Shown: positions 31,032 through 41,131, counted from the stretch's first letter. The stretch: 64,000 nt of DNA from Candidatus Poribacteria bacterium (GCA_963665235.2 CAXXLX010000001.1:3392001-3456000), one strand, 5' to 3'. Notes: generated by a model not told the origin, from the letters alone. Made by a program: numbers and translations.

Positions 31032-32177
31032 CTACCAATCCGCCACACTGCCATCGGTGTCGTAATAGAACTCACCGCCCAGTTCTTCCGGATAGGTAGT
31101 GAGCGTCTGTTCCGCTGCCTTCGCGTCAATCTCAAATCCGAGCCCCGGCTTTGTGGGCAGTTCAATATGGCCGTCTGTGACCTGCCACTCCTCAGTGAAG
31201 AGACCGTCACCTAACCCGGCATCAATCTGCTCCTGGATTAGGAAATTCGGCACAACGGCATCAACGTGCAGCGATGCGGAGAAGGCAACCGGTCCAATCG
31301 CACAATGCGGAGCAATGTGCATGTAGTAAACCTCCGCCATGTTGGCAATCTTTTTCAGTTCCGTAATACCGCCAGCGTGTGAGGTATCCGGTTGTAGGTA
31401 GGCAACAGCTTGTTTCTCAAAAATTTCGCGAAATTGCCATCGGGTGAGCAAACGTTCCCCGGTGGCAATAGGAAACGGCACGTGGTCGGACACCAATTTG
31501 AGCGCGTCTACATTCTCTTGCGGTACCGGTTCTTCAACGAACATCGGGCGCATACCTTTGAGTTCATGGCAGACTTCAATAGCAAGGGCGGGGGTCATTT
31601 TGCCGTGAAAATCAAAGGCGAGTTCGACATGGGGACCAACCCATTCCCGCATGAGATAGGCGCGCTCTACAAATTCATCAATGACCGCCGGCGGTTCATG
31701 ACCACGCCATTTGCCACCGGGACCGCTCTTAAACGCCGTGTAACCGCCTTTCTGTTGCAGAAATTTGAGACGTTCTTTCGCCGCGGCTTTTCCCTCGTCA
31801 GTTAAACTGCCGATGCCCCAGTGTGCATAAACGCGGATACGGTCGCGCACGGGGCCGCCCAATAATTGATAGGTAGGTACATCGTAGTATTTGCCAGCGA
31901 TGTCCCACAAGGCTTGGTCAATACCGGACAGGGCAGACATCAAAATATTTCCGCCCCGGAAGAAGGCAGAACGGTAGACATGTTGCCAGTGATGCTCAAT
32001 ACGCAGTGGGTCTTTGCCGATAAAATAGTCAGCAAGTTCGTCCACTGCAGCCATAGTGCTTCTTGCCTTACCTTCAAGCGTAGTCTCACCCCACCCGACG
32101 ATACCGGTATCTGTCGTAATTTTAACGAGACGCGTCCGTCGACGTGGGTAGAATTGTTCAATAGTCGCAATTTTCAT
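31032..32177 (-). CDS. dgoD: galactonate dehydratase (mandelate racemase/enolase superfamily)
   Basis: GWGE, SGIDQALWDIAGK, DFHG, FVEEP, TGERL, QPD, APHC; start 32177. Confidence 0.8.
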   Translation of the reverse strand: MKIATIEQFYPRRRTRLVKITTDTGIVGWGETTLEGKARSTMAAVDELADYFIGKDPLRIEHHWQHVYRSAFFRGGNILMSALSGIDQALWDIAGKYYDVPTYQLLGGPVRDRIRVYAHWGIGSLTDEGKAAAKERLKFLQQKGGYTAFKSGPGGKWRGHEPPAVIDEFVERAYLMREWVGPHVELAFDFHGKMTPALAIEVCHELKGMRPMFVEEPVPQENVDALKLVSDHVPFPIATGERLLTRWQFREIFEKQAVAYLQPDTSHAGGITELKKIANMAEVYYMHIAPHCAIGPVAFSASLHVDAVVPNFLIQEQIDAGLGDGLFTEEWQVTDGHIELPTKPGLGFEIDAKAAEQTLTTYPEELGGEFYYDTDGSVADW

Positions 32178-32194
32178 AAGAATTTCCTTTATTT

Positions 32195-32308
32195 TTAGCA
32201 ATTGGCAATTAGCAATTAGCAATTAGCAAGATGTTGTGATTCTAATACGCGTTCTGAAGCGCGTCAAAAACCTCTTTCTCTTGCTAACAGCTATAAGCCA
32301 TAAGCCAA
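32195..32308 (+). repeat. heptamer-flanked palindromic element
   Basis: (TTRGCAA)n-GATGTTGTGATTCTAA-N-TCTGAAGCGCGTCAAAAACCTCTTTCTCTTGC-(TAAGCCA-like)n. Confidence 0.85.
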
Positions 32309-32323
32309 ACCATAGGAGGAATT

Positions 32324-33661
32324 ATGTCTTCACAACCTAATATTCTTTTCATGATTGCCGATGACCATCGGTTTGATGCCATTGCAGGTATGGGTGACCC
32401 AACCGTGCAAACACCAACGTTGGATTCTCTCATGGCGCGCGGAACGACGTGCCGCCAAACACATATCATGGGCTCTCTCGTCGGGGCAGTCTGTGTACCG
32501 AGCCGAGCTGCTGTCCTCACAAGTGCGAATCTCTTCCGCAGCGGTGGAAATCAGCTTAACCCAGATTTAGCTGTCTGGCCACAAGTCATGCGCGAGACAG
32601 GGTATCACACCTTTTTTAGCGGTAAGTGGCACAATGACAGACAGACATTTAACAACAGTTTCGATGACGGGGCTACAATTTTCTTCGGTGGCATGGGGAA
32701 TCAATATAAGGTCCCAATTTTCGATTTTGATCCGACGGGGGCATACCCGAAAGATGCCAGATATATCGGTGATACGTTCTCAACGACGCTGTTTACAGAC
32801 TCCGCCGTGCAATTTGTAGAAAACTATGACCAAACGGACCCATTTTTCCTTTATCTATCCTTCACTTCCCCTCACGATCCGAGAACAGCCCCGGGTGAAT
32901 ATGCCACAATGTATCCCCCAGAGGATATCCCTGTTCCAGAGAACTTTCTTCCCGAACATCCGTTTGACAACGGGGAGATGCGAATTCGGGATGAAGTATT
33001 GGCAGAATTCCCGCGCACCCCTGAAATCGTCCAGCAACACATCGCCGACTATTACGGAATGATTACACACATGGATGTCGAAATGGGACGCTTGTTGCAG
33101 ACACTAGAGGCCACCGGGCATCTTGAAAACACAATTGTTATTTACACCGCTGACCACGGGCTCGCTGTCGGGCAACACGGGTTGCTTGGTAAACAGAATC
33201 TCTATAACCACAGCATCCGCGTCCCCTCAATATTCGCCGGTCCAGGCGTACCGGTCGGTCAGACAGTAGACGCTTTGACCTACCTCCACGACTTGTTCCC
33301 AACCGTGTGTGACCTTACCGGCGCTGACTGTCCGGACACAGTAGAAGGTCACAGCTTAGTTCCGTTGATGGAAGGGCATGTAGAGAAAGTCTACGATACA
33401 GTTTTCGCCGCATACAAAGACATTCAACGCACTGTCAGCGATGGCCGGTGGAAGCTAATTCGGTACTATGTTTCCAAAGATACAGGCAAAGGTACGGATT
33501 GCATCCAACTTTTCGACCTACAACGCGATCCGTGGGAAACAAAAGACCTATCTGATCGTCCGGAATACGCTGAACAGATTCGTGCATTAGGGGCTGACCT
33601 CAAAAAATGGCAGCACAAGACAAACGACTTTTTGAAAGATGCACCTATATTGCCATCCTAG
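32324..33661 (+). CDS. sulfatase (Cys-type)
   Basis: PNILF..ADD, CVPSRA (CxPxR), GKWH, PHDP, ADHG, HGLLGK. Confidence 0.93.
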   Translation: MSSQPNILFMIADDHRFDAIAGMGDPTVQTPTLDSLMARGTTCRQTHIMGSLVGAVCVPSRAAVLTSANLFRSGGNQLNPDLAVWPQVMRETGYHTFFSGKWHNDRQTFNNSFDDGATIFFGGMGNQYKVPIFDFDPTGAYPKDARYIGDTFSTTLFTDSAVQFVENYDQTDPFFLYLSFTSPHDPRTAPGEYATMYPPEDIPVPENFLPEHPFDNGEMRIRDEVLAEFPRTPEIVQQHIADYYGMITHMDVEMGRLLQTLEATGHLENTIVIYTADHGLAVGQHGLLGKQNLYNHSIRVPSIFAGPGVPVGQTVDALTYLHDLFPTVCDLTGADCPDTVEGHSLVPLMEGHVEKVYDTVFAAYKDIQRTVSDGRWKLIRYYVSKDTGKGTDCIQLFDLQRDPWETKDLSDRPEYAEQIRALGADLKKWQHKTNDFLKDAPILPS

Positions 33662-33670
33662 GAGCCTCAC

Positions 33671-33707
33671 CGTTTGTAGATGCGCTTACACAGCACGTCT
33701 ACAAACG
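33671..33707. terminator. hairpin between convergent genes (REP-like, possible bidirectional terminator)
   Basis: CGTTTGTAGA...TCTACAAACG perfect 10-bp arms, extended by an imperfect inner stem. Confidence 0.55.
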
Positions 33708-33842
33708 TGCTCATTTTTCGCGCCATTCTTAGTCCCGTACTATAGTTGGGACAATATCTGTGAGGTTGATGCCCGATTTGCAAAGTGCCCTCTTCTCTTT
33801 CTTATATTTCTTGCCAATTGCCAATCGCTAATCGCGATATGT

Positions 33843-34982
33843 TTATAGAGTGCTGCCGATGTTGAGCAATCGCGCAGCCTGTTCAGCCGTATCGGCTATC
33901 AATCGGGATGCGTCAGCGGATGCTTGTTCAAGCGACATCGGTTGCTGAACAATAGCCAACATCGCATCAATACCTTTATCATACACAGCATCAGCTCCCT
34001 CCGCGATGCCGCCAGCGATTGCAACTACAGGGAAATTATAGCTCTTCGCAACCCTAGCAACACCGACCGGTGTCTTTCCGAAAGCGGTTTGAAAGTCAAG
34101 CTGTCCCTCACCGGTAAAGACGAGGTCAGCATCTTTCATCCGTTCTTTGAGATTAACCGCCTCGATTATAATATCGACACCGAGTCGCAATTGGGCATCG
34201 AGGAACGCCATAAGTCCTGCCCCTAACCCCCCGGCGGCACCTGCCCCCGGTATATCGCCAAAGGATTTTCCAAGGGTGTGCATTAAGACGCGGTCGAAAT
34301 GTGCCAGATATGTATCAAGCGTTTCAACCATTTCTGGGGTTCCCCCTTTTTGGGGGCCATAGACGTGCGACGCGCCTTTTGGTCCGGTCAACAGGTTATT
34401 GACATCACAGGCAACAACTGTTTCTGTTTCTGCTACGGCGGGATGTATGCTAGTTATATCTATAGATGACAATTGTCCGAGGCCGTCGCCACCGCGCGGT
34501 ATCGGTTCACCGTTTGCGTTCAGCAGCTTGACTCCGAGGGCTTCAGCCATCCCTGCGCCGCCATCGTTCGTAGCACTTCCACCGATACCGATGATTAAGC
34601 GTCTGCATCCGAGTTCCAACGCGGTGTGTATCAGCTGCCCCGTGCCATACGTCGTGGTACGTAGCGGATTCCGTTTGTCCGCGGGAACAAGCGTGAGCCC
34701 AGAGGCAGAAGCCATTTCTATGACAGCCGTTTCTCCATCCGCGAGAATGCCGAATTTGGCCTCGACCTCATTTCCGAGGGGGGCGAGGACGCGTTCCGTT
34801 CGAATATGTCCACCGGTGGCATCGACGAGGGATTGAACCGTGCCTTCACCCCCATCTGCCATCGGAATTTTTTCAATAATGGCGTTGGGGAAGACGCGAC
34901 GGAGCCCTTCTTCCATTGCCACCGCAGCTTGCAGCGCGGTGATGCTGCCTTTAAATGAATCCGGTGCCACTACAATCTTCAT
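33843..34982 (-). CDS. glycerate kinase (GlxK/GarK family)
   Basis: APDSFKGS, PMADGGEGT, GIGGSATNDGG, GPQKG, GAAGG, TGEG; start 34982. Confidence 0.93.
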   Translation of the reverse strand: MKIVVAPDSFKGSITALQAAVAMEEGLRRVFPNAIIEKIPMADGGEGTVQSLVDATGGHIRTERVLAPLGNEVEAKFGILADGETAVIEMASASGLTLVPADKRNPLRTTTYGTGQLIHTALELGCRRLIIGIGGSATNDGGAGMAEALGVKLLNANGEPIPRGGDGLGQLSSIDITSIHPAVAETETVVACDVNNLLTGPKGASHVYGPQKGGTPEMVETLDTYLAHFDRVLMHTLGKSFGDIPGAGAAGGLGAGLMAFLDAQLRLGVDIIIEAVNLKERMKDADLVFTGEGQLDFQTAFGKTPVGVARVAKSYNFPVVAIAGGIAEGADAVYDKGIDAMLAIVQQPMSLEQASADASRLIADTAEQAARLLNIGSTL

Positions 34983-34989
34983 AGCGGCT

Positions 34990-35018
34990 AGTCTATCACA
35001 ACGCCAGCAATTTGTCAA
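34990..35018 (-). promoter_or_regulatory. promoter predicting a leaderless glycerate kinase mRNA
   Basis: minus strand TTGACA-17bp-TAGACT, 7 nt before the ATG, no SD. Confidence 0.65.
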
Positions 35019-35063
35019 ACAATTTCTGGGTGTATAAAGTTTTTGGATAACCAAAGGATAGAT

Positions 35064-35339
35064 AACGAGTTGTGCTAAATAACTATTTGTCCAATATTAT
35101 TTCACAATTATATAACGTCTTGTTAGTTTTTATCATTGGTTGATTCCTTCTTTAGTCCCAGTATTCGGGCAAGCAGCCCGCTCCTCAAGGACGATATCTT
35201 TATAGAAAGTCGTTTCCACCCCGGCCTCTTAGTCCCAGTATTCGGGCAAGCAGCCCGCTCCTCAAGGACGATATCTTTATATGAATGTCAAATATCTGTG
35301 AAAACAACAAAAACAACTCGTTAACTAGCACAAGTCGTT
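35064..35339. mobile_element. putative MITE containing two modified REP-like units
   Basis: AACGAGTTGTGCTAAATAAC vs reverse complement of GTTAACTAGCACAAGTCGTT, 17/20 match; no clear target duplication. Confidence 0.55.
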
Positions 35340-35620
35340 TCTTTAGTCCCGTAGGGACGATATCTTTATAGAAGCAGCGGTTCCCGCCCCGGCCTCTTAG
35401 TGGTTTACTCGGTAATTAATTTTGGTTTCGCCCGTTCTAAATACCCCCCTAACCCCCCCCGCAAGCAGGGGGGAAAGGACTTTTGGGGTTATTACATGAG
35501 TTTTATATCTGATAAATCTTTAGCGAGTGAACCACTTAGTCCCGTAGGGACGATATCTTTATAGAAGCAGCGGTTCCCGCCCCGACTCTTAGTCCCGTAG
35601 GGACGATATCTTTATAGAAG
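35152..35620. repeat. cluster of 5 REP-like units TAGTCCCGTAGGGACGATATCTTTATAG
   Basis: intact at about 35344, 35537, 35590; copies at about 35153 and 35230 carry an extra hairpin in the loop. Confidence 0.85.
35400..35535. mobile_element. 136-bp MITE inserted in a REP-like unit
   Basis: TIR GTGGTTTACTCGGTAA / TTAGCGAGTGAACCAC (14/16); TTA duplicated at 35397-35399 and 35536-35538; internal C-run/G-run hairpin. Confidence 0.8.
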
Positions 35621-35759
35621 TGCAAACGGATATTTATTATCAAGCTCACGTTTTTATGAAGAAAAATCAAACCATTCGCAACTAACATAACAGCACCCCA
35701 AAACATTTTTCGGAGAGAAGCGGCACGGTTTGCAACTCACCTGACCAGACCTCGATAGC

Positions 35760-35897
35760 GAAAGTGTAACATTTCATTTTTTTTAAAAATCGTCCAAGGG
35801 GGGTGTAAACGGGTTACAAACATAGACGGGGTGTGAGTTTCCGCACATTCAGAACCCAAAACCGAATGTTACACTTTGTGTCGAAAGTGTAACATTC
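35760..35897. other. three AAAGTGTAACATT motifs, two forming a 14-bp inverted repeat
   Basis: GAAAGTGTAACATT at 35760; GAATGTTACACTTT-gtgtcg-AAAGTGTAACATTC at 35864-35897. Confidence 0.7.
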
Positions 35898-36039
35898 GCA
35901 CCGGTTTTGCACAAAAACTTTACACACCCAGCACCCATCGACAATTGAATGTCTCTGCTAGGAAAAAATGATTTGACAAAATAGAGAAATTATGTGAGAA
36001 TTTTATATATTATTCGACGATTAGAAAGGAATTTTTACA

Positions 36040-36411
36040 ATGGCATATACATTTCATCACATCCATCTTCGATGTGAAGACCTTGAAGCGGCAATTCACT
36101 ATTACGAGAAGATGTTAGATGGGAAGGTTACCGAGACTGTTGAGGTGAGAGGTTTAAAAATTGTACGCATGGACATCGGTGGCGAACAAATTTTTCTCTC
36201 CCCTAAGTTTGGCGACATGGACGTAGAGCCCACTAGCGGAAATCCACGCTGGGGTGTCTATCAACTCGCTTTTACTGTGGAAGATTTGGATGCAGCGGTT
36301 GCTGACCTACAGGAAAAAGGGGCTGAACTTGAAGACCTGAAACCCGCCGGACTCATGATGGCGTTTTTCAAGGGGCCCGATAACGTGCAAATTGAACTTA
36401 TTGAGGCATAA
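36040..36411 (+). CDS. VOC family protein
   Basis: FHHIHL, QLAFTVEDL, FFKGPDNVQIEL. Confidence 0.88.
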   Translation: MAYTFHHIHLRCEDLEAAIHYYEKMLDGKVTETVEVRGLKIVRMDIGGEQIFLSPKFGDMDVEPTSGNPRWGVYQLAFTVEDLDAAVADLQEKGAELEDLKPAGLMMAFFKGPDNVQIELIEA

Positions 36412-36503
36412 CGATTAAGATGGGGTTTTTGAACCGCTATCACCGATTGTATTCTTGGCGTTCGCTGATAAGATGCGGTTATCGGCTTGGGGTTACGGAT
36501 TGA

Positions 36504-37184
36504 ATGAAATTTAGTGAGCTTTTCTATACAATTCAGGGGGAAGGACAGCTTATAGGTGTTCCATCGGTTTTTTTTCGAACGAGCTATTGCAACCTCAGAT
36601 GTATCTGGTGTGACACACCCTACACATCTTGGAAACCTGAAGATAGAGACATCACTGTTGCTGAAAGCGTCGAGGCAATTGTCCAGTACAATTGCAAGCA
36701 CGTCGTCATCACAGGTGGCGAACCGTTCATTCAAACTGCGGAGCTGATAGCACTATGTCGCGAGTTGGATAGACGGGGGCACCATATCACGATTGAAACG
36801 AATGCGACGCGCTTCGCTGCGGTTGCTGCACATCTGATTTCTATGAGCCCGAAGTTGCGCAATTCCAATCCCCCGACAGATAATCGCTTTTTCAAGCGAC
36901 ATGAGCGGGAACGTATCGCGCCTGAAGTTATCCGAAAATTTTTGGATACCTATCCGTGCCAAGTCAAGTTTGTGGTAGACACTCCCGATGATCTGGAGGA
37001 AATTCAAACGTTGCAGAAAAATATCGGTATTCCGGCAGAGACGATTCTGCTGATGCCTCAAGGCATAACGCCGCAGACGCTACAGCAGAAGCAGGCATGG
37101 CTGGTCGAGCTCTGTAAAGAGAACGGATATCGCTACTCCCCCCGCATGCATGTTGATATCTGGGGCAATGAACGCGGGGTCTAA
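36504..37184 (+). CDS. queE: 7-carboxy-7-deazaguanine synthase (radical SAM)
   Basis: TIQGEG, CNLRCIWCDT, ITGGEP, IETN, SPKL, PRMH. Confidence 0.9.
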   Translation: MKFSELFYTIQGEGQLIGVPSVFFRTSYCNLRCIWCDTPYTSWKPEDRDITVAESVEAIVQYNCKHVVITGGEPFIQTAELIALCRELDRRGHHITIETNATRFAAVAAHLISMSPKLRNSNPPTDNRFFKRHERERIAPEVIRKFLDTYPCQVKFVVDTPDDLEEIQTLQKNIGIPAETILLMPQGITPQTLQQKQAWLVELCKENGYRYSPRMHVDIWGNERGV

Positions 37185-37240
37185 CAGAAGCGAGGGAAGA
37201 CGTTCAGCGGACTAATTGATGGAAAGGGAAGATTTGATAG

Positions 37241-37660
37241 ATGTCACGTATAGCACAAAGGATAAGCGGCTGTTATAGGCGAGTCCTGCTTTTTCTCATC
37301 GCGATTCTCCTTGTCTGTATAGGCATTGGCGCGATTGTTTACAGCCGAGTCGGCGGACTTGAAGGGGCACGCTATTGGATGGCTGAGCGTGCTCTAAATG
37401 GGACAGAAAAGCACCTGCTGACAAACCGCCCCGATGGTATTCCACAGGAGCAGGTGGTTACGCTATTTAAAAGGGTTCGGGATGCGAATAAGAATCGACA
37501 GGTCGATTTGATAGCACTTTACAAGGTGCTTGAGGCGTATCAAGTCGCTTACAAGGCGTTGGGCTCGGAGCAGAAAGCATTTTTGGAATCAAAAAAGCTG
37601 TCAACGCCAGAGGTGGAAGTGTTCTTAAGTGAACTTGAGAAGACAATTTTTTCAGAATAG
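37241..37660 (+). CDS. hypothetical membrane-anchored protein
   Basis: 139 aa with an N-terminal hydrophobic helix. Confidence 0.65.
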   Translation: MSRIAQRISGCYRRVLLFLIAILLVCIGIGAIVYSRVGGLEGARYWMAERALNGTEKHLLTNRPDGIPQEQVVTLFKRVRDANKNRQVDLIALYKVLEAYQVAYKALGSEQKAFLESKKLSTPEVEVFLSELEKTIFSE

Positions 37661-37669
37661 CGGGTTTGG

Positions 37670-38743
37670 TTAGGGATGGGCATTTTGGAACGTCGCAATC
37701 ATCTGCCGAATATCTGTTATATCTGCGTCATCGCTCAAACGGTTTCTGATAATTACGGTGAGAGCCTGTTGAAACCGTTCCTTTACATCGCCCCAGGCTG
37801 TGAGCAACACCCGGCTTTCAAGGGTGTCTGGGCGTGCAATCGCTTTCAAGAGCCGGTGGATAATAGAGAGATAGAAGAGTAGATGATGACCATCTACACG
37901 TGCAGCGATGTCCGCCGGTGAGCATGTCTCGCGATGTGTGGTCACCCATTCTGCGTAGCGATTGACGAGTTCGCGGTTCAACAGTGAGACGAAGTTCGCG
38001 CCTGCTTGATTCGCACCAATGCTATTGAAGAATTGTGTTAACCGCTGTTCTGGCCAATCCCAGCCGACGCTTCCGAAATCGATGAAGAACGGGTTTTCCC
38101 CGGCAATCGTGATGTTGCGTGCCTGATAATCAAGGCTATTCAAAGTGAGTGGGGCATCCTGAAGTCGGCGCGACAGGGATGTCCATGCGGTGTCAAGCTG
38201 TTCTGCTTCGGATGGAGTCAGTGCTGTGCCGCTTAAATGGGCGAGATAGCTGACGGTTTTTTTACCCTGTTCGAGCACACGGTGTAGGTTAGCATTCGGC
38301 TCGGAACGGAATATGTAAGGTTTAAATTGCCTGGCGTTTTCTGAAAAAACGGTTTCAATTCGACAAAGTTCCGTAAGGATAGTGTGCAAAATAGACTGGA
38401 TATCTGCTATCGGGTGTTTTTGTGCTAGGGTGTCAAGTGTCAGTTCCCCGCACCATGCTAGGAGTAGGACGTGGTCAAGCTCAGACTGCCAAATAATCCT
38501 CGGAACGGGGCACCCGTTTCGGTATAACGTTGACAACACAGCGGACTCAATTTGGAAGGGTGTATAGCCTGTTTTAACAACTGGTGTGGTGATGTCATGC
38601 TGTTTAAGCAGATAGCTTTCGGTCCCGATTTTCAACCGGTAGACGTTTCGTTTTTGCTGTGTGCCGTGCAGAATTGGTTCAACGCGGATTGCCGCGGGGT
38701 TGATTTGGAGATGTTCCGCAATCCGCTCAAGGAGTTGTTGCAT
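37670..38743 (-). CDS. aminoglycoside phosphotransferase/choline kinase-like protein
   Basis: YLLK, CPVPRI, LDYQARNI, FIDFG; probable start MQQLLER at 38743 (upstream in-frame extension is REP-derived). Confidence 0.75.
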   Translation of the reverse strand: MQQLLERIAEHLQINPAAIRVEPILHGTQQKRNVYRLKIGTESYLLKQHDITTPVVKTGYTPFQIESAVLSTLYRNGCPVPRIIWQSELDHVLLLAWCGELTLDTLAQKHPIADIQSILHTILTELCRIETVFSENARQFKPYIFRSEPNANLHRVLEQGKKTVSYLAHLSGTALTPSEAEQLDTAWTSLSRRLQDAPLTLNSLDYQARNITIAGENPFFIDFGSVGWDWPEQRLTQFFNSIGANQAGANFVSLLNRELVNRYAEWVTTHRETCSPADIAARVDGHHLLFYLSIIHRLLKAIARPDTLESRVLLTAWGDVKERFQQALTVIIRNRLSDDADITDIRQMIATFQNAHP

Positions 38744-38764
38744 TTTTAAAGGTCCCCAGCACTG

Positions 38765-39240
38765 TGTGTTCTTTCTTGTAGCATAAACTTCCAGTTTGTG
38801 TGTAGCATTTAGTTTGTGTTCTTTCGTAGCATAAACTTCCAGTTTGTGTGCTTTATCGTAGCATAAACTTCCAGTTTGTGTTCTTTCTTGTAGCATAAAC
38901 TTCCAGTTTGTGTGCTTTATTGTAGCATAAACTTCCAGTTTGTGTGCTTTATTGTAGCATAAACTTCCAGTTTGTGTTCTTTCTTGTAGCATAAACTTCC
39001 AGTGCACGCTTTGTGTTCTTTCTTGTAGCATAAACTTCCAGTTTGTGTGCTTTATCGTAGCATAAACTTCCAGTTTGTGTTCTTTCTCGTAGCATAAACT
39101 TCCAGTTTGTGTTCTTTCTTGTAGCATAAACTTCCAGTTTGTGTTCTTTATCGTAGCATAAACTTCCAGTTTGTGTTCTTTCTTGTAGCATAAACTTCCA
39201 GTTTGTGTTCTTTCTTGTAGCATAAACTTCCAGTTTGTGC
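38765..39240. repeat. tandem array of 14 full and 1 truncated GTAG-REP-like units (32 bp)
   Basis: GTAGCATAAACTTCCAGTTTGTG plus short linkers (TTCTTTCTT, TGCTTTATC etc.); one unit has a 7-bp insertion. Confidence 0.93.
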
Positions 39241-39243
39241 CGT

Positions 39244-39290
39244 TCTTGCTAATCGCTAATCGCTAATCGCCAATTGCCAAATGCCAATTC
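39244..39290. repeat. heptamer tract (GCTAATC/GCCAATT)n
   Basis: TTCTTGCTAATCGCTAATCGCTAATCGCCAATTGCCAAATGCCAATT; a similar tract lies at 33808-33835. Confidence 0.75.
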
Positions 39291-39350
39291 CTAAAATAGA
39301 CGTTGGGTCTGGCGTTAGGTTGAGATTCACGGATAAATCTAAAAAAAATG

Positions 39351-39379
39351 TTGCATGCTTTGTGAAAACGTGGTATAAT
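39351..39379 (+). promoter_or_regulatory. rpsB operon promoter
   Basis: TTGCAT-17bp-TATAAT with TG extension. Confidence 0.7.
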
Positions 39380-39409
39380 TAAAGCAGCATAAAAGGAATA
39401 ATACAACTA

Positions 39410-39500
39410 TGGATACGACACGTCTCCAGATTTGCACGGCGGGTTCTCTCATTGCGAGAGTCTGATGCAGATGTGAAGGAGATGGGTGTTTAAACCCAAT
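39410..39500 (+). ncRNA. rpsB leader, t44/S2-autoregulatory-like structure
   Basis: long hairpin ACACGTCTCC/GGAGATGGGTGT, ATTTGCA/TGCAGAT, GGGT bulge, apical CTCTC/GAGAG, in the rpsB 5' UTR. Confidence 0.55.
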
Positions 39501-39538
39501 AGGAGCCTTAGGGTTCCAATAAACCTAGGAGGTTTTTT

Positions 39539-40450
39539 TTGGCAGTTACAATGAAAGAACTCCTTGAATGTGGAGTTCACTTCGGGCACCAAACCCGGCG
39601 CTGGAATCCGAAGATGGCTGAGTATATCTTCGCTGAGCGTAACGGGATTTATATTATTGATTTGCAGAAAACCTTGCGAATGCTTGAAACAGCGGTCGAG
39701 TTTGTTCAAGAAGTTGCCGCCAGAGGCGGTTCAGTTCTGTTTGTCGGAACGAAACGGCAATCTCAAGAAGCGGTTTTCGAGGAGGCGCACCGGTGCAAAA
39801 TGTATCATGTCAACCATCGATGGCTCGGTGGGATGTTGACGAATTTTCAGACGATTCGCCGTAGTATCAAGCGACTTGATGAACTTGATGCACAAGAAGA
39901 TAGTGGTGAGATCGAAAAGCTCCCTAAGAAAGAAATTATTCGGCTTAGACGGGAAAAAGGTAAATTGTCTAATAACCTCAGCGGTATCAGAGAGATGCCT
40001 GTTCTTCCGGAGGTTGTTATCGTCACTGATACGCGTAAGGAGCATACTGCGATTGCTGAGGCGAATAAGCTCGGTATTCCGATAATTGCAATAGTTGATA
40101 CCAATTGTGATCCGGACCCCATTGACTTACCGATTCCTGGCAATGACGATGCTATCCGGTCAATCCGGTTAATTTGCTCGGTGCTGTCGGAGGCTGTAAT
40201 TCAGGGTCGGGGTGACGTTTTAGAGGGGCAGGAAGTTGCGGCAGAAGCTCCAAAACGTGATGCTGAGCCGACACCTCTTGACATTGTTGCAGAAGTGGAG
40301 CGGCACGAAGAACAGACAGCGCAAATTGTTGATGCTGCGCATCTTTCAGCGGAGCCGGAGGCAATTGGCGATGGAGAGCAACGACAGGGAAGACCGCCAC
40401 GCCAGGGCCAGAGAAAAAGAGCACGTCGCCCAAGAAGACCAGGACAATAA
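39539..40450 (+). CDS. rpsB: 30S ribosomal protein S2
   Basis: [31 protein letters not shown]; TTG start after AGGAGG. Confidence 0.97.
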   Translation: MAVTMKELLECGVHFGHQTRRWNPKMAEYIFAERNGIYIIDLQKTLRMLETAVEFVQEVAARGGSVLFVGTKRQSQEAVFEEAHRCKMYHVNHRWLGGMLTNFQTIRRSIKRLDELDAQEDSGEIEKLPKKEIIRLRREKGKLSNNLSGIREMPVLPEVVIVTDTRKEHTAIAEANKLGIPIIAIVDTNCDPDPIDLPIPGNDDAIRSIRLICSVLSEAVIQGRGDVLEGQEVAAEAPKRDAEPTPLDIVAEVERHEEQTAQIVDAAHLSAEPEAIGDGEQRQGRPPRQGQRKRARRPRRPGQ

Positions 40451-40537
40451 ACGGCTATTTATAAAGGCAACGGACAATGGCTCTCTTGGAGGTCTTAATC
40501 GGAATTCTCTGAAACTTAAATGCAAATTGGAGGAAAT

Positions 40538-41131
40538 ATGGCAATTACAGCAAAAATGGTCAGTGAGCTCCGTTCGCGAACAGGTGCCGGAATTATGGAC
40601 TGCAAAAAGGCATTAACTGAAACGGATGGAGATATGGAGGCAGCAATTCAGAAATTGCGTGAACAAGGTTTGCGCGCTTCTGAAGTCAAAGGCGGACGAG
40701 CAACAGAAGAGGGGCTCATCGTCTCCTATATTCACCCCGGGAATCGGGTCGGCACTTTAGTGGAATTAAATTGCGAAACCGACTTCGTTGCAAGAACGGA
40801 ACAATTTCAACAGCTGGCGAAAGAAATTGCTATGCAGGTAGCTGCTGCGAAACCGAAATACGTTACTAAAGACGATGTTCCCGAAGAAGAACTCGAAGCG
40901 GAAAAAGCAATCTTGAAAACACAGGCTCTACAAGAAGGAAAACCTGCCCATATTGTTGATAAAATCATCGAGGGGAGACTTTCCAAATTTTACACCGAAA
41001 CGTGTTTACTCCAACAACCTTACATCCGCGACGCTGACAAATCTATAGAAGATCTCGTCAAAGATGCAATCGCACAGCTTGGAGAAAATATCGTTGTTAA
41101 ACGTTTTGTACTCTATGTCCTCGGACAGTGA
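40538..41131 (+). CDS. tsf: elongation factor Ts (short form)
   Basis: LRSRTGAGIMDCKKAL, ELNCETDFVA; 197 aa from ATG 40538. Confidence 0.96.
   Translation: MAITAKMVSELRSRTGAGIMDCKKALTETDGDMEAAIQKLREQGLRASEVKGGRATEEGLIVSYIHPGNRVGTLVELNCETDFVARTEQFQQLAKEIAMQVAAAKPKYVTKDDVPEEELEAEKAILKTQALQEGKPAHIVDKIIEGRLSKFYTETCLLQQPYIRDADKSIEDLVKDAIAQLGENIVVKRFVLYVLGQ

Noticed and set aside
36412-36503. preQ1 riboswitch upstream of queE
   Set aside because: Only a weak stem; no recognisable preQ1-I core or A-rich tail
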